Positions 28,522 to 37,935 of a stretch of 64,000 nt of DNA are shown piece after piece. The position numbers were made by a program, and so were the translations under genes. How positions within the stretch are numbered: position 1 is the stretch's first letter; each line of letters starts with the position of its first letter. The stretch spans positions 1-64,000 of the IMG/VR virus record IMGVR_UViG_3300021405_000010; one strand, given 5' to 3'. The notes below the pieces were generated by a model. That model did no database searches. It worked only from the letters and a program-made list of their open reading frames with translations, and was not told the DNA's origin. The stretch comes from a virus.

Positions 28522-28707
28522 TTATTTGTGATGGAGCAAAGATATTTGATGGGTGGCCTTGGAGATGGCGACAATGGCCAGCTCGAAGGCTTTCAGGCCA
28601 GCGTCCTCTTCCCCCATCAGAAAACAGTCACGAGCAGTCTGGGCCCGATCGATTAGCACCACCAGGGCCGCGTCAAGCATCTCGGGATCAAATTGATCAG
28701 CTTTCAT
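28522..28707 (-). CDS. Hypothetical protein
   Basis: ATGA-coupled to the acyltransferase. Confidence 0.5.
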   Translation of the reverse strand: MKADQFDPEMLDAALVVLIDRAQTARDCFLMGEEDAGLKAFELAIVAISKATHQISLLHHK

Positions 28708-29639
28708 TTGCCGCCCCCGCTGAGCCGTTTACCCAAGCTAATCCCAGGCCGCTCGACCAGGGCGTAAAGCACAAGCGAGAGGCCGTAAACGACCGGCACA
28801 CAGATCACCAAAGTAAGACCGGCTCTCTCAATCGTGGACCAGTTGCGCGGGATAACCCTAGTAATCAGGGCCAGCACCGGGTAATGGATCAGGTAGGTTG
28901 AGTAACTGATCTCACCCAGACGCACGAGCCAGGGCGCATAGTGGTACATCGTGGTAGGCCGGTTCTTGGTCGAGAAGAGATAGATCAGCGCCCCGGCCAA
29001 AAAGAAAAAGAACTTCTGCGGCAAAAAGCCGCCGGAGCCCAGCCAGTAGATACTGACGCGCGAGGCCACCGGAGCCATCAGGAAAACGGCGCTGGGGACG
29101 CCAACAAGTAAGGCACCTTTTAAGCCCGTTCTGGACAGCCACCAGATGAGTAGCGGTGCGACGAGGTAGAGCTGGAATTCGAGACTGATACTCCAGGCTG
29201 GGACCAGGAAGGCGTACTGGCTCATCGGCAGCCAGATAGTGGGGATAAGGCCATGGAGCAACACCGCATGAGCCGCCAAGTGCCACCAGAAGAAATGGTT
29301 CTCACTCTGTTCAATCAGGGGGTTAGTGGGCGACTGGATCGCGCCCACGGTCAAGGGGCGAACGGCCAGTGAGATGAGCAGACAGACCAGGAAGACGGGA
29401 AAGAGCCGCATGAAGCGGCGGAAGATAAAGACGCCGTAGCTCTCGCGCTTGGTCAGGATCAATTGCGTGATGACAAAGCCTGAGAGGATGATAAAGCCCT
29501 CGACAGCTGACTCGCCAATTCTCCTCTGGGTTTCGCCCTGGATTCCACTGACCCAGGCGACGTGGACCATGACGACGGCCCAGGCCAGGATGCCTCGCAG
29601 GACATCGAGGGTGTAATTGCGGTTGGATTGATTTTGCAT
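28704..29639 (-). CDS. Acyltransferase family 3 (OafA-like) membrane O-acyltransferase
   Basis: LDVLRGILA..V..H, VEGFIILSGFVI, RRFMRLFP, WSISLEFQLY, LGEISYSTYLIH and YALVERP motifs. Confidence 0.92.
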   Translation of the reverse strand: MQNQSNRNYTLDVLRGILAWAVVMVHVAWVSGIQGETQRRIGESAVEGFIILSGFVITQLILTKRESYGVFIFRRFMRLFPVFLVCLLISLAVRPLTVGAIQSPTNPLIEQSENHFFWWHLAAHAVLLHGLIPTIWLPMSQYAFLVPAWSISLEFQLYLVAPLLIWWLSRTGLKGALLVGVPSAVFLMAPVASRVSIYWLGSGGFLPQKFFFFLAGALIYLFSTKNRPTTMYHYAPWLVRLGEISYSTYLIHYPVLALITRVIPRNWSTIERAGLTLVICVPVVYGLSLVLYALVERPGISLGKRLSGGGK

Positions 29640-29939
29640 GTTGTTAAACGTTGAGCATGAGTGACTTATATTGTTTATAATTTCTAACAAAAACGGCCCT
29701 TTTTCGCCCGGCCACAAAGGCCCCTAATCGCCTCGCTGGCGCGTCGGAGCAACGTTGTGATAGATTGGACGTCTTTTATGCCCAACGTTTGTACGGGGCT
29801 CCTGGAGCGTTTAAAGGCCATATCGACTTTTAGCAAATTTGGGCAGTTTAGCCCCACCATTTGGTCCAGAGAATGACGCCCACGAGCGGCCCCAGGAGCA
29901 GCAGCAGCAGGGGCACCACGGCGTGAAGGAATTGGCTCA

Positions 29940-30113
29940 TCATAGCGGCCCAGTGGCCCAGGTTAAAAAATAGACTGCCCCCAGGATCAGGAAGCCCCAC
30001 AGGATCGGCCAGCGGAGCCACCACATGACTTGGAGCATGCAGCCCAGGACCAGAGCAACACCGGCCAGGAACAAGCCAGAAAGCAGAAAGGTAAGCAGGT
30101 CGGGGTGGTTCAT
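29940..30113 (-). CDS. Small two-TM membrane protein
   Basis: Hydrophobic; coupled to the upstream ORF. Confidence 0.5.
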   Translation of the reverse strand: MNHPDLLTFLLSGLFLAGVALVLGCMLQVMWWLRWPILWGFLILGAVYFLTWATGPL

Positions 30114-30394
30114 TTGTAGCCGCCCTCCTGGCCGAAGCACCGCTTGCAGCGATGCACTCTATATTTAGGCAGCTCGGCGTGTTCACTCTGGTAAGCGCCC
30201 ATCTTGCGGCCTGTGCATTTGGCGACGTAGTAGACCCAGGCGATCAGGTGCGAGCGTTCGTAGCGCACCTCCTTGCGCACGCCCAGGTGATAAACGCCCC
30301 GGTCAGAGTAGAGGAAGGCGGTGGCCGGTTTGGCGTCTTCACGCGCATGCTTGGCCAGCTTCTCCGGCGTGACGGTTTCCAGTGGCTCGTTCAT
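30110..30394 (-). CDS. Hypothetical protein
   Basis: Coupled ORF with H/C..CKRC. Confidence 0.55.
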   Translation of the reverse strand: MNEPLETVTPEKLAKHAREDAKPATAFLYSDRGVYHLGVRKEVRYERSHLIAWVYYVAKCTGRKMGAYQSEHAELPKYRVHRCKRCFGQEGGYK

Positions 30395-30597
30395 CGCTTG
30401 ATGCTCCGAAGCTCGTTGTACTTGTCCCGGGCAGCTTCCCAGGAGCGGAAATGGACGCCGGTATTGTAATAGCCGATGAAGTAGATCTCTTTATCGGTGT
30501 AAAGCCGCTGGAGGCTCTTATAGGAACAGGAAGCGATCACGCCAGCCTCGGGGGCTGGCGTGTAGTCATTCGGAATTTGTTTCTTGAACATTGGCAT
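30391..30597 (-). CDS. Hypothetical protein
   Basis: Coupled ORF. Confidence 0.5.
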   Translation of the reverse strand: MPMFKKQIPNDYTPAPEAGVIASCSYKSLQRLYTDKEIYFIGYYNTGVHFRSWEAARDKYNELRSIKR

Positions 30598-30612
30598 ACG
30601 ATTTGAAGCGAG

Positions 30613-30885
30613 TTACTTATCCTCCATCCGCGCCCGGTAGATCATGCAGGCCGGGCCTATGATCTCGGTGACGATCTCGCGGTAGAGTGCCTGGGCGGCG
30701 GAACGCTGGCCGTTCCAGTCGTTGGCCGGGCCGTACTCGCCCAGCTCGCACAGGGCGACCCAGGCGGCCTGATCCTGCAGCGTACCGGCCCACATGCAGT
30801 TGGCAAAGAGGCCGATCGAGTATTCCTTATCGGCCAGGAGCGAGGCGGCGGTTTTGTGAGGCTCGATTGTGTAGGTGGTGGTCAT
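30613..30885 (-). CDS. Hypothetical protein
   Basis: ORF in the early block. Confidence 0.55.
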   Translation of the reverse strand: MTTTYTIEPHKTAASLLADKEYSIGLFANCMWAGTLQDQAAWVALCELGEYGPANDWNGQRSAAQALYREIVTEIIGPACMIYRARMEDK

Positions 30886-30887
30886 GA

Positions 30888-31148
30888 TTAGCGAACCTCC
30901 ATGCGACCTTTGTACGGCTCGGGGTTGGTTTTGCTGAGTTTGAGGTTCTCAGGGCTGGCGTGATACTCAGCCGGGGTGATGCGCTGCAGCTGGTCCCAGC
31001 TGTATTCGCTGGCCCAATCGACGCCGTAGGTGGTGCGCCAAGTGCCGGTATCGCGGTCGTCGTTATGGTAGATGCCACCCAGGCGGCCAACGAGGCCGCT
31101 CTCGATGATGCGGATGTAACAGTTGATTCGGAGTGATTTGTTTTGCAT
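30888..31148 (-). CDS. Hypothetical protein
   Basis: CGTATGCAA start context shared with neighbouring genes. Confidence 0.55.
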   Translation of the reverse strand: MQNKSLRINCYIRIIESGLVGRLGGIYHNDDRDTGTWRTTYGVDWASEYSWDQLQRITPAEYHASPENLKLSKTNPEPYKGRMEVR

Positions 31149-31158
31149 ACGGAGTTGG

Positions 31159-31287
31159 TTACTTGCGGTTCAGCCAAGCCAGAGCGAGCGAGCGGCTGTC
31201 AAAGCGGCCACTCAAAGGGGTTTGATGTGAGCCGCGAACGACATACCATCCGCCGAGCAATTTGTTGTAAACGACTTTAGCTTTCAT
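31159..31287 (-). CDS. 42-aa phage protein (not in ORF track)
   Basis: MKAKVVYNKLLGGWYVVRGSHQTPLSGRFDSRSLALAWLNRK; first gene after a strong promoter. Confidence 0.65.
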   Translation of the reverse strand: MKAKVVYNKLLGGWYVVRGSHQTPLSGRFDSRSLALAWLNRK

Positions 31288-31295
31288 GTACGCTC

Positions 31296-31324
31296 AGATT
31301 ATATGACGTTATACACCTTGTCAA
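31296..31324 (-). promoter_or_regulatory. Near-consensus sigma70 promoter TTGACA-N17-TAATCT
   Basis: Box B (TATAACGTCATA) in the spacer; box C (CCTAATTAGG) just upstream of -35. Confidence 0.75.
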
Positions 31325-31395
31325 ATCCTAATTAGGAAAGTCGATAAAATGCCTGTGAAAATGTGGGCATATGACGTTATAAACACGCCCTCCAA

Positions 31396-31461
31396 CTTAC
31401 GCAAGTGCCTGCAAATCAGCCGAATTTTCGGCAAATTGCCGAAGTGCCAACGTTGAGCATA
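31396..31461 (-). repeat. Composite palindromic cassette, copy 3 (inverted)
   Basis: Reverse complement matches copies 1 and 2. Confidence 0.9.
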
Positions 31462-31468
31462 AAGGTGG

Positions 31469-31891
31469 CTATGATGCCAGTTTATACACCCTCATCATTT
31501 GAGGTATAACGTTATCAATCGCGATCCTGGTGCGCCAGGGCTCAAACATTAAAGCGTGGGCCAAGCGTTCCAGGGGAATCGCGCAATCAAGCATCGCGCC
31601 CTGGTCATCCAGGCCAGTGATAATGCCGTACCCGGCCAAAGGATGGCCGCCGTTGGCCGATTCCATGACCCAGTAGGGATAGACGAAAGGCTGCCTCAAA
31701 AGCCCCTCCTCGTCGACCCAGGCGACGTGGGCTACGCCGTGGGCCATGACGTTTAAGCTTGTCATCTGGACAAACTCACAGTCGAGTAAGAGGCCCAAGC
31801 TGAGCCGGTCGTTGCGGTCCACCCGGATGGGGTAGATTTCCAGCTGGAAGGGATCGATCAGGATGGCCTTGATCTGCGAGGCGTTTTTCAT
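31469..31891 (-). CDS. DUF3846-like protein
   Basis: KAILIDPF...WVDEEGLL...PLAG.GII.G.D..G motif. Confidence 0.7.
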   Translation of the reverse strand: MKNASQIKAILIDPFQLEIYPIRVDRNDRLSLGLLLDCEFVQMTSLNVMAHGVAHVAWVDEEGLLRQPFVYPYWVMESANGGHPLAGYGIITGLDDQGAMLDCAIPLERLAHALMFEPWRTRIAIDNVIPQMMRVYKLAS

Positions 31892-31908
31892 TTACTTCTA
31901 CTCTCGGA

Positions 31909-32508
31909 ATGGATGACTTGAGTGACAATGACTGGGATCGGCTGGAGAATGCCGTACCTAAGCCAAAACACAAACGCAAAGCGCAAAACAAGCCAGCGCC
32001 TATGCACGATGCTGATAAGCGCACTCCACTCGATCCACAAGCCCCGGCCCCGCGTTTAAACGGTGTTCTGGCACACAGAGGCCAGGAACCCACAGAACGA
32101 GCTGTGTCAGCCTGGAACGCGCGTGTGCAGGGTATGCCCATGGTCGACATCGCCCACGAACTGGGTGTTTCCATTGAGTTAGCCAAGGAACTGATCAAGG
32201 AAGTCCACACGGCTATAAGGGACGACCTTAAAGACACTTTGGATCTCAACCGCCAATTAGACCTGGAACGGGTCGACGGGCTCTTAAACACCTTTTATCC
32301 GGTAGCGCGAGCCGGTGACACAGACTCGGCCACAATTGTGATCCGCGCGCTGCAGCACCGAGCGAAATTGACCGGCATCGAGCCCCTGCCCGATCCTGGG
32401 CGCTCGCACCCGACAAACGTGCTCGTCTGGATCCAGAACCAGATGGGCGGAATCAATAAACTGGTTGACTCTCTGCCACTGGAATTGCCACCATCTGCCC
32501 CATCGTGA
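31909..32508 (+). CDS. HTH protein, putative terminase small subunit
   Basis: RVQGMPMVDIAHELGVS HTH followed by LERVD.L....A..GD...A...I....RAKLTG. Confidence 0.6.
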   Translation: MDDLSDNDWDRLENAVPKPKHKRKAQNKPAPMHDADKRTPLDPQAPAPRLNGVLAHRGQEPTERAVSAWNARVQGMPMVDIAHELGVSIELAKELIKEVHTAIRDDLKDTLDLNRQLDLERVDGLLNTFYPVARAGDTDSATIVIRALQHRAKLTGIEPLPDPGRSHPTNVLVWIQNQMGGINKLVDSLPLELPPSAPS

Positions 32509-32720
32509 GTGAGGAAAACACACAGCTCGTAGAGAAGATCACCTCGATGATCAAACGGCGAGCGCCATTCATCAGCTGGGTGATTACGCGGGAAGAAGTG
32601 GAGAATCCAACCTGTGAGGCGCATGAGCTGGGAAAAGAGATCGAGCGCATTCTGAAACTGCGTGTGCCCTTCGAGTTTACCTTGAGTGCTTCGGAGCTGG
32701 AGCGAGTAACAAAACCGTGA
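32505..32720 (+). CDS. Hypothetical protein
   Basis: GTGA-coupled. Confidence 0.55.
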   Translation: MSEENTQLVEKITSMIKRRAPFISWVITREEVENPTCEAHELGKEIERILKLRVPFEFTLSASELERVTKP

Positions 32721-32926
32721 GCGACGAAAAAGAAATGGGCTTGCATATCTTAAGGGGTAAGCGAATCGAGGAATTCTCTATCGAGGACTTGAACCATTTG
32801 CGCACCCAGATCGAGAATGAATTGCCGCAAGAATTGCCCGATGAGATGAATGACCTAAGCTCCGCAGATCACAAGCGTTTACTGGAACTGGATTTAATCG
32901 ATGAGGAACTCGAGAGACGCAGTTAA
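32717..32926 (+). CDS. Hypothetical acidic protein
   Basis: GTGA-coupled. Confidence 0.55.
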   Translation: MSDEKEMGLHILRGKRIEEFSIEDLNHLRTQIENELPQELPDEMNDLSSADHKRLLELDLIDEELERRS

Positions 32927-33107
32927 GGGAGAGATACTCAAGGTGATCAGGACCGAAGCCTTTCAAGCGGTGACTTTTTACGATGAAGCTCAGAAGCGCC
33001 AGCTGGTTTTGTTGTACAGTTTAGGTGAGGACGGAATCATTCGGGAGTACAACGGCCAGGACGGCTGGAGGGCGTACCCCGTTCAAGTTAAGGAAGAGCT
33101 AAAATGA
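32901..33107 (+). CDS. Hypothetical protein
   Basis: LYSLGEDGIIREY; coupled to the next gene. Confidence 0.5.
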   Translation: MRNSRDAVKGEILKVIRTEAFQAVTFYDEAQKRQLVLLYSLGEDGIIREYNGQDGWRAYPVQVKEELK

Positions 33108-33367
33108 CTGACCAAACGATGTTTGATCCGAAAGAACGTGAGCACGTCAAGCCGGATATCGACCTGGATGTGCTCTTCACCTATCACGCGCCCAAGGGTG
33201 ATCAGGCGGACAGATACCAGGAGATTCGCGCGGCGGCCAAAACCTTTGCCCAATTGATCTGTGACGAGAGCCCGGCCTCTCGCGAACGCTCTCACGCGAT
33301 CAATAAGATTCAGGAGGCCGTGATGTGGGCCAACGCGGGAATAGCGAGGAACGAAAGCCATGAGTAA
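33104..33367 (+). CDS. Acb2/Tad1-like helical-hairpin protein (putative nucleotide-signal sponge)
   Basis: FTYHAP...RY.EIR....FA.LI...P.SRERS.A..K.QEAVMWANA.IARN motif. Confidence 0.7.
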   Translation: MTDQTMFDPKEREHVKPDIDLDVLFTYHAPKGDQADRYQEIRAAAKTFAQLICDESPASRERSHAINKIQEAVMWANAGIARNESHE

Positions 33368-33635
33368 CCACGAGATCCCCAAAGAGCCGATGCTTGAAAC
33401 TGACCCGGAGGTGAGCGCCAAACGAACGGCTGAGATGCAAGCCCTGGCCCAGCCGTATAACCCGCCACCATTCAAGGGTAACCTGACGATCATCTGGGAG
33501 TCAGAGAAACAGCAGCTCTTAGGCCGCCAGGAGTACTTGGAAAAGCGCATCTATGATTGTGAGGAACGTTTGAGAGTCCTGGAGGCCTGGGCCCTGCAGT
33601 TGAAACGAGAGCCCACGTTCTTTACCAAGGTATAA
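33360..33635 (+). CDS. Hypothetical coiled-coil protein
   Basis: Coupled ORF. Confidence 0.55.
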   Translation: MSNHEIPKEPMLETDPEVSAKRTAEMQALAQPYNPPPFKGNLTIIWESEKQQLLGRQEYLEKRIYDCEERLRVLEAWALQLKREPTFFTKV

Positions 33636-33639
33636 CGTT

Positions 33640-33792
33640 ATGCTACCCGATGGCCTTTATCAAGTGACGACTCGCTATCTGTGCGCCGGATTCATCGTGG
33701 AGCGAGGCAAGGTGACGCGATGCGCTCCGATCCTCAAGCGCGCCCTGGCGTTCTACGCACGGCGCGCGATCCGTATCCGAATGGTGTTTTAA
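33640..33792 (+). CDS. 50-aa phage protein (not in ORF track)
   Basis: MLPDGLYQVTTRYLCAGFIVERGKVTRCAPILKR...; ATG abuts box B. Confidence 0.6.
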   Translation: MLPDGLYQVTTRYLCAGFIVERGKVTRCAPILKRALAFYARRAIRIRMVF

Positions 33793-33825
33793 TCCCGTCA
33801 AGCGTCCCGCCAGGGACCACCCCAA

Positions 33826-34005
33826 ATGCCAGTCGGCACACTCCACATGCACTGCCCAGCCTGCGGGAGACCATTCAGCCGCTTCAGGTCACGAGCGAAG
33901 CGAGTGAACTTCTGCAGCCGCAAGTGTTACGCTCTGACTCTGCGGAACCTGCTCGCAGCGTATTATGATGACAAGTCGCGGCAGTCTGTATCCGAAGCTG
34001 CTTGA
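33826..34005 (+). CDS. Small Zn-finger protein (not in ORF track)
   Basis: CPACGRPF...FCSRKC motif. Confidence 0.55.
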   Translation: MPVGTLHMHCPACGRPFSRFRSRAKRVNFCSRKCYALTLRNLLAAYYDDKSRQSVSEAA

Positions 34006-34369
34006 TCTTCGTTCGGTGGCCGGGCCCGGCGCGCGCTGACGTCAGTCAGCTCCCGCAGCGCCAGCCGCTGACCCTCGATGGCTAGGGTCGCACGGCGGAT
34101 GTCATCCATCCATGGTATAACGTTAGGACTATTCGACTGTGGTGTGGAACACATACGCAAGTGCCTCAGAATCAACGTTTCCTATTTTATACTACGCTGA
34201 TTGTATGATGTTATCCCAGGGAAGCCCTGGCCATGCGTTACGCCCTGGTCCCAGGGAGAGGGCCACCCTCCCTGCATTAAACGCGCCGTGCGCGACCCCG
34301 GGGTATTGCCTCCTTGCGGGTCCCATCTGAGCATTGCGCCACCCACTCAAGTCCTCTGTTCACTTTTTC

Positions 34370-34398
34370 TTGCACCCCTCATTCTAACGTCATAACCT
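34370..34398 (+). promoter_or_regulatory. sigma70-like promoter TTGCAC-N17-TAACCT
   Basis: Box B variant TAACGTCATA overlaps the spacer and -10. Confidence 0.55.
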
Positions 34399-34407
34399 GC
34401 CAAGGCA

Positions 34408-34863
34408 ATGACAAACGCGGAGCGGCAGGCGGCCTGGAGGAAGAGGCACCCATTCACGGCGAAGGCCGGGGTGAGGGAAAGAATGCGCCGTCTACGGGAT
34501 ACCGGGAAAGAGCCCGATGTGCGTAACGTGCGTAACGAAACCCCGAATGTGCGTAACGTGTCCGTGACGCCCTGGAATGGACAGGAGACGTACTACACGG
34601 ACTCGATGGATGACGTCGAGGGTGATCCGAAGGTCATGGAAGCTCACAGGTCCAGATTGACGTTACGGACGGGGGTGGGTGGATGGAGGTCGATGGAACC
34701 AAAACCAGAGGTGGTCGTACCTGACGTTATACAAGAGAGCCCCCAGGACCGGCGGAAGCGGTTCGACCAGCTCAAAGCCGGTTTAGGTAAAAAAATCGTT
34801 CGGGCTGCGCCCGAAACAAATCCCATCGCTACTGATTCGGGGATTGAAGTTCCCTGGGAATGA
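34408..34863 (+). CDS. Basic N-terminal (TNAERQ..WR) putative DNA-binding protein
   Basis: MTNAERQAAWRKRH, RERMRRLR and internal VRN repeats. Confidence 0.6.
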   Translation: MTNAERQAAWRKRHPFTAKAGVRERMRRLRDTGKEPDVRNVRNETPNVRNVSVTPWNGQETYYTDSMDDVEGDPKVMEAHRSRLTLRTGVGGWRSMEPKPEVVVPDVIQESPQDRRKRFDQLKAGLGKKIVRAAPETNPIATDSGIEVPWE

Positions 34864-35192
34864 CGTTATAAGGACAAACATGAGTGATCCCTACCGCAAG
34901 GTGACAGTCTGTGACTCCTGTCTCCAGGCCAGTTGCTGGCAGGGGGCTTTTTACTGCGACCGGTACATGGAATCCGGGACAGTCGATCTCCCCTTGTGGG
35001 CGTTAGAAACCCTTGCCCTGGAGGCCCCCTCCTATTGGGAGGAAAATACCCCATGCCCAGAAAACCATTAAAGACCGTCGAGGAACTCAGGGCCGGAAAT
35101 AGGGAACGGCAGAAACGCTATCAGGCCCGGCTCCGGGCCAAGCGTGAAAAGGAACGCCAAAAAGAATCGGTCGAAATCGAAATGGAAAGCGT

Positions 35193-35735
35193 ATGACAAA
35201 AGAGGAAATCCCCCGCCGCTTTACTCTGGAGGGCCTGTCCCTCGGATTCTGGTTTGATCCCTTTGACCGGCTGATCCAGATCCCCGCCGGGTGGGACAAA
35301 AGCTGGATCGGTAAATCCCTCGGGGAAGTGACGAGCTGGGCCCAAGAGAATAATTGCCTTCTGGCTGAGGACAATCGCTTGGCAGATTCAAGCTTTGACC
35401 CGCGCGCCAAGGCCCGGGATACCGATCCCCCTACCGCCAAAAACGCGGCTTTCCAGAACCTGCCCACGAAAAACACCCAGAGGTGGATCATCCTGAAGGT
35501 TCATTTTAATCACCCTTTGGGCCTGACCAATCACGAGTTGGAGGCTCTCATCAATCGCGACCGCATCGTGATCATCAATGACAGCCTGACCACCCGGGTT
35601 AGCGAACTAGAGCAAGGCGGCTGGCTCTTGAACACCGGCTTAAAAAGGATGGGCAATAACGGGATCGAAATCGCCGTCTGGCGCATCACGGCCAAGGGCC
35701 TTGCCGAATTTGGGATCGAGGTCCCGTGGGATTAA
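35193..35735 (+). CDS. Protein with C-terminal winged-helix domain
   Basis: GLTNHEL...SLTTRVSEL..GGWL.NTG.KR...AVWRIT motif. Confidence 0.65.
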   Translation: MTKEEIPRRFTLEGLSLGFWFDPFDRLIQIPAGWDKSWIGKSLGEVTSWAQENNCLLAEDNRLADSSFDPRAKARDTDPPTAKNAAFQNLPTKNTQRWIILKVHFNHPLGLTNHELEALINRDRIVIINDSLTTRVSELEQGGWLLNTGLKRMGNNGIEIAVWRITAKGLAEFGIEVPWD

Positions 35736-35756
35736 AAAGAGTCGAAAGAAAAACGT

Positions 35757-35942
35757 ATGCAAAAAGACAAACCCAAAGTGACCAGAAAACAGAGAGAGAA
35801 GGAATTAATCAGGCTGCAGGAGTCAATCGACCACTGGGCGTCTAAGGAGAAAAGGGCCGCTCTGAAAAGAGAGGAGCTGGAAGAGCGCCTGGAAGCCCAG
35901 ATAAGAGCGGCCAAAGAGGAGGAGGCTCCAGAAGCGGCATGA
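35757..35942 (+). CDS. Small coiled-coil protein
   Basis: CGTATGCAA start context. Confidence 0.55.
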   Translation: MQKDKPKVTRKQREKELIRLQESIDHWASKEKRAALKREELEERLEAQIRAAKEEEAPEAA

Positions 35943-36205
35943 CCAACTTTAAGATGAAGGGGATCCTTTCCAAATCCCACGCGGAGATTATCCGGGGGGC
36001 CTGGAATGGCTTGGGCGAAGAGGGGCAGCGGCTGATCAATTCCTCGATCCTGGAGGCCTTAAAGGATATCCACCCGGGTGAGGAAAAACCCCGTTACTCC
36101 GAGATCGTTAAGGCCGCCTGGAGCTTAGGCTTTGATTACGCGATGTACGCCGTTGAACAGGGGGTCTTAATCAAGGCCGGGCCGATCAGGCCGGAAGAGA
36201 ATTAG
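35939..36205 (+). CDS. Hypothetical protein
   Basis: ATGA-coupled. Confidence 0.55.
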   Translation: MTNFKMKGILSKSHAEIIRGAWNGLGEEGQRLINSSILEALKDIHPGEEKPRYSEIVKAAWSLGFDYAMYAVEQGVLIKAGPIRPEEN

Positions 36206-36206
36206 G

Positions 36207-36674
36207 GTGGCCACCTTCTGCCAGATCTGCCGCCACCCCAGTGATGAACCGCCGGGGCACGAGCCTGGGTGCCCGGTCTTAACAGGGGAACCCGTGCGAG
36301 GGTACGACGCCTTTGGGCCGATAGAGATCAATCAGCAGGACCTCTCACCCCTAAACCAGATGCAGCAGGCCCAAGGGGGCATGATGGCCGCTGGGGCCGC
36401 CTATGAGCCAGAGCATCCCTTCCCCGGAAGTGCCGCTGACTTCTACGAACGTAACCAGAAGCTGATAGAAGAGAACGCCCGGTTGAAGTCGGACCTGGAG
36501 AAGCACAAGGCCGCCTTAGAGGACATCGACGACCATGGCCGGGCGCTTCACTTTATCGAGGCTCTCCGGGCCGCCGATAAACGCTTAAGTCAGCTGACCC
36601 AGGAACTAATCACGGTCAAAGCGGAGCGCGACCGGCTGAAAAACGCTGACGGCGGAGAAAGAATGATCTTTTGA
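36207..36674 (+). CDS. Hypothetical protein with Zn motif and coiled coil
   Basis: CQIC...H..GCP N-terminus. Confidence 0.55.
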   Translation: MATFCQICRHPSDEPPGHEPGCPVLTGEPVRGYDAFGPIEINQQDLSPLNQMQQAQGGMMAAGAAYEPEHPFPGSAADFYERNQKLIEENARLKSDLEKHKAALEDIDDHGRALHFIEALRAADKRLSQLTQELITVKAERDRLKNADGGERMIF

Positions 36675-36934
36675 GCAGGGCTCTCTTAGCGATCGGGGTC
36701 TTAGCTCTAAGCGGGTGTGCGAGCTTGGCGATGGTCGCCTCTCATCCCCTGACTCACCAGTTAGTCCACCATGCCGTCCAGCACATCGCTAAACACTACG
36801 CCAAATGAACCTATGACGATCGCTGAATTCAGGGAGCTGGCCGAGTCGGGGAAATACCCCGATGACACGATCCTCTACGCCTTTGACGGGGATGAAGGCG
36901 AAAGCCGTCCGGTCACCGGACTTCTCTACTTCGA

Positions 36935-37405
36935 GTGTTCTATTCACGGACCCACCCTCGAATTCCAGACGGACATCCCATGACCGAGACTGAACTCTAT
37001 GAGATCTACGCGAAGTGGACCGGGGAGTTACACTTCTGGTGCGTCCGGGAGCTGGACCGCCACATCGATGTAGAGTTTTTCCCTAGCGCGTACGAGTTCA
37101 AACTTTACTCCGGCTACGCGGAAGAATATTCCACTTCTTCAGGGATCCCGGGGTTGCAGAGGCCCCCGGGAGAGAGAACTGAAACCGTCCGGCTCCTGCG
37201 GCCCGAACAGAGCCCAACCCAAAAGCAACTGGAAACCCTCTTTAAAGATATTTGTCTGGCCGCCGCGCGGGTCTTAGACGTTCGGGTCGGGAGGGCCCGG
37301 CTGGAGGACCGAAAGCAAGATTCATGGACGGAAGAACAGACCAGACTAGAAGTGAGGGCCTGGAAGACTCTTGGCCTGCCAGAGGATGGAACCCGTGGGG
37401 AGTAG
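36935..37405 (+). CDS. Hypothetical protein (start likely 36980)
   Basis: ORF in the plus-strand block. Confidence 0.5.
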   Translation: MFYSRTHPRIPDGHPMTETELYEIYAKWTGELHFWCVRELDRHIDVEFFPSAYEFKLYSGYAEEYSTSSGIPGLQRPPGERTETVRLLRPEQSPTQKQLETLFKDICLAAARVLDVRVGRARLEDRKQDSWTEEQTRLEVRAWKTLGLPEDGTRGE

Positions 37406-37935
37406 TCCTGGTTTTCAGCTTCCTTCAGATCGTGATCCTGGCCGTTGAATGGTATTATCTGGGGGCCTATTTCCTGGGGCGGTAAAAGAGGATGAGTATC
37501 AGGATCCAGCACAACGGGGTGTGGAAGGAAACGTGGCGGGACCCTTACGCGCGAGTCCCCTCACTTACCCCGCCAGCCGTCCCGCCCCGGCATTGGAGAC
37601 CGAATAATCGGCGTTGTCGTACCAGGGGTTCCTGGAAGTCATGGGTCCGGCGGTGCTTGGGCCTTGACAAACCTTGAAGCTGGTCCTGGGAACCACCGGG
37701 CAGGCCCGTAGCTGGAAGGGCTGGCAGCCCCGCACGGCCTTCCCAATTGGATTCCGGGCTCTGAACCCTGGCCGGTAGGCATCAACGCACCCCCGGGGCG
37801 CTAATGAACGCCCCGGGGGTGGATAGGCCGAGGGCGGCGGACCCTGGCAGGGGTCTTTCGGCCAGCCGGAGAAGTTCCGACAGCCCGAATACGGACTCTT
37901 GAACAAGACCGATTGCAAAAGCTCCATGTGGAACT

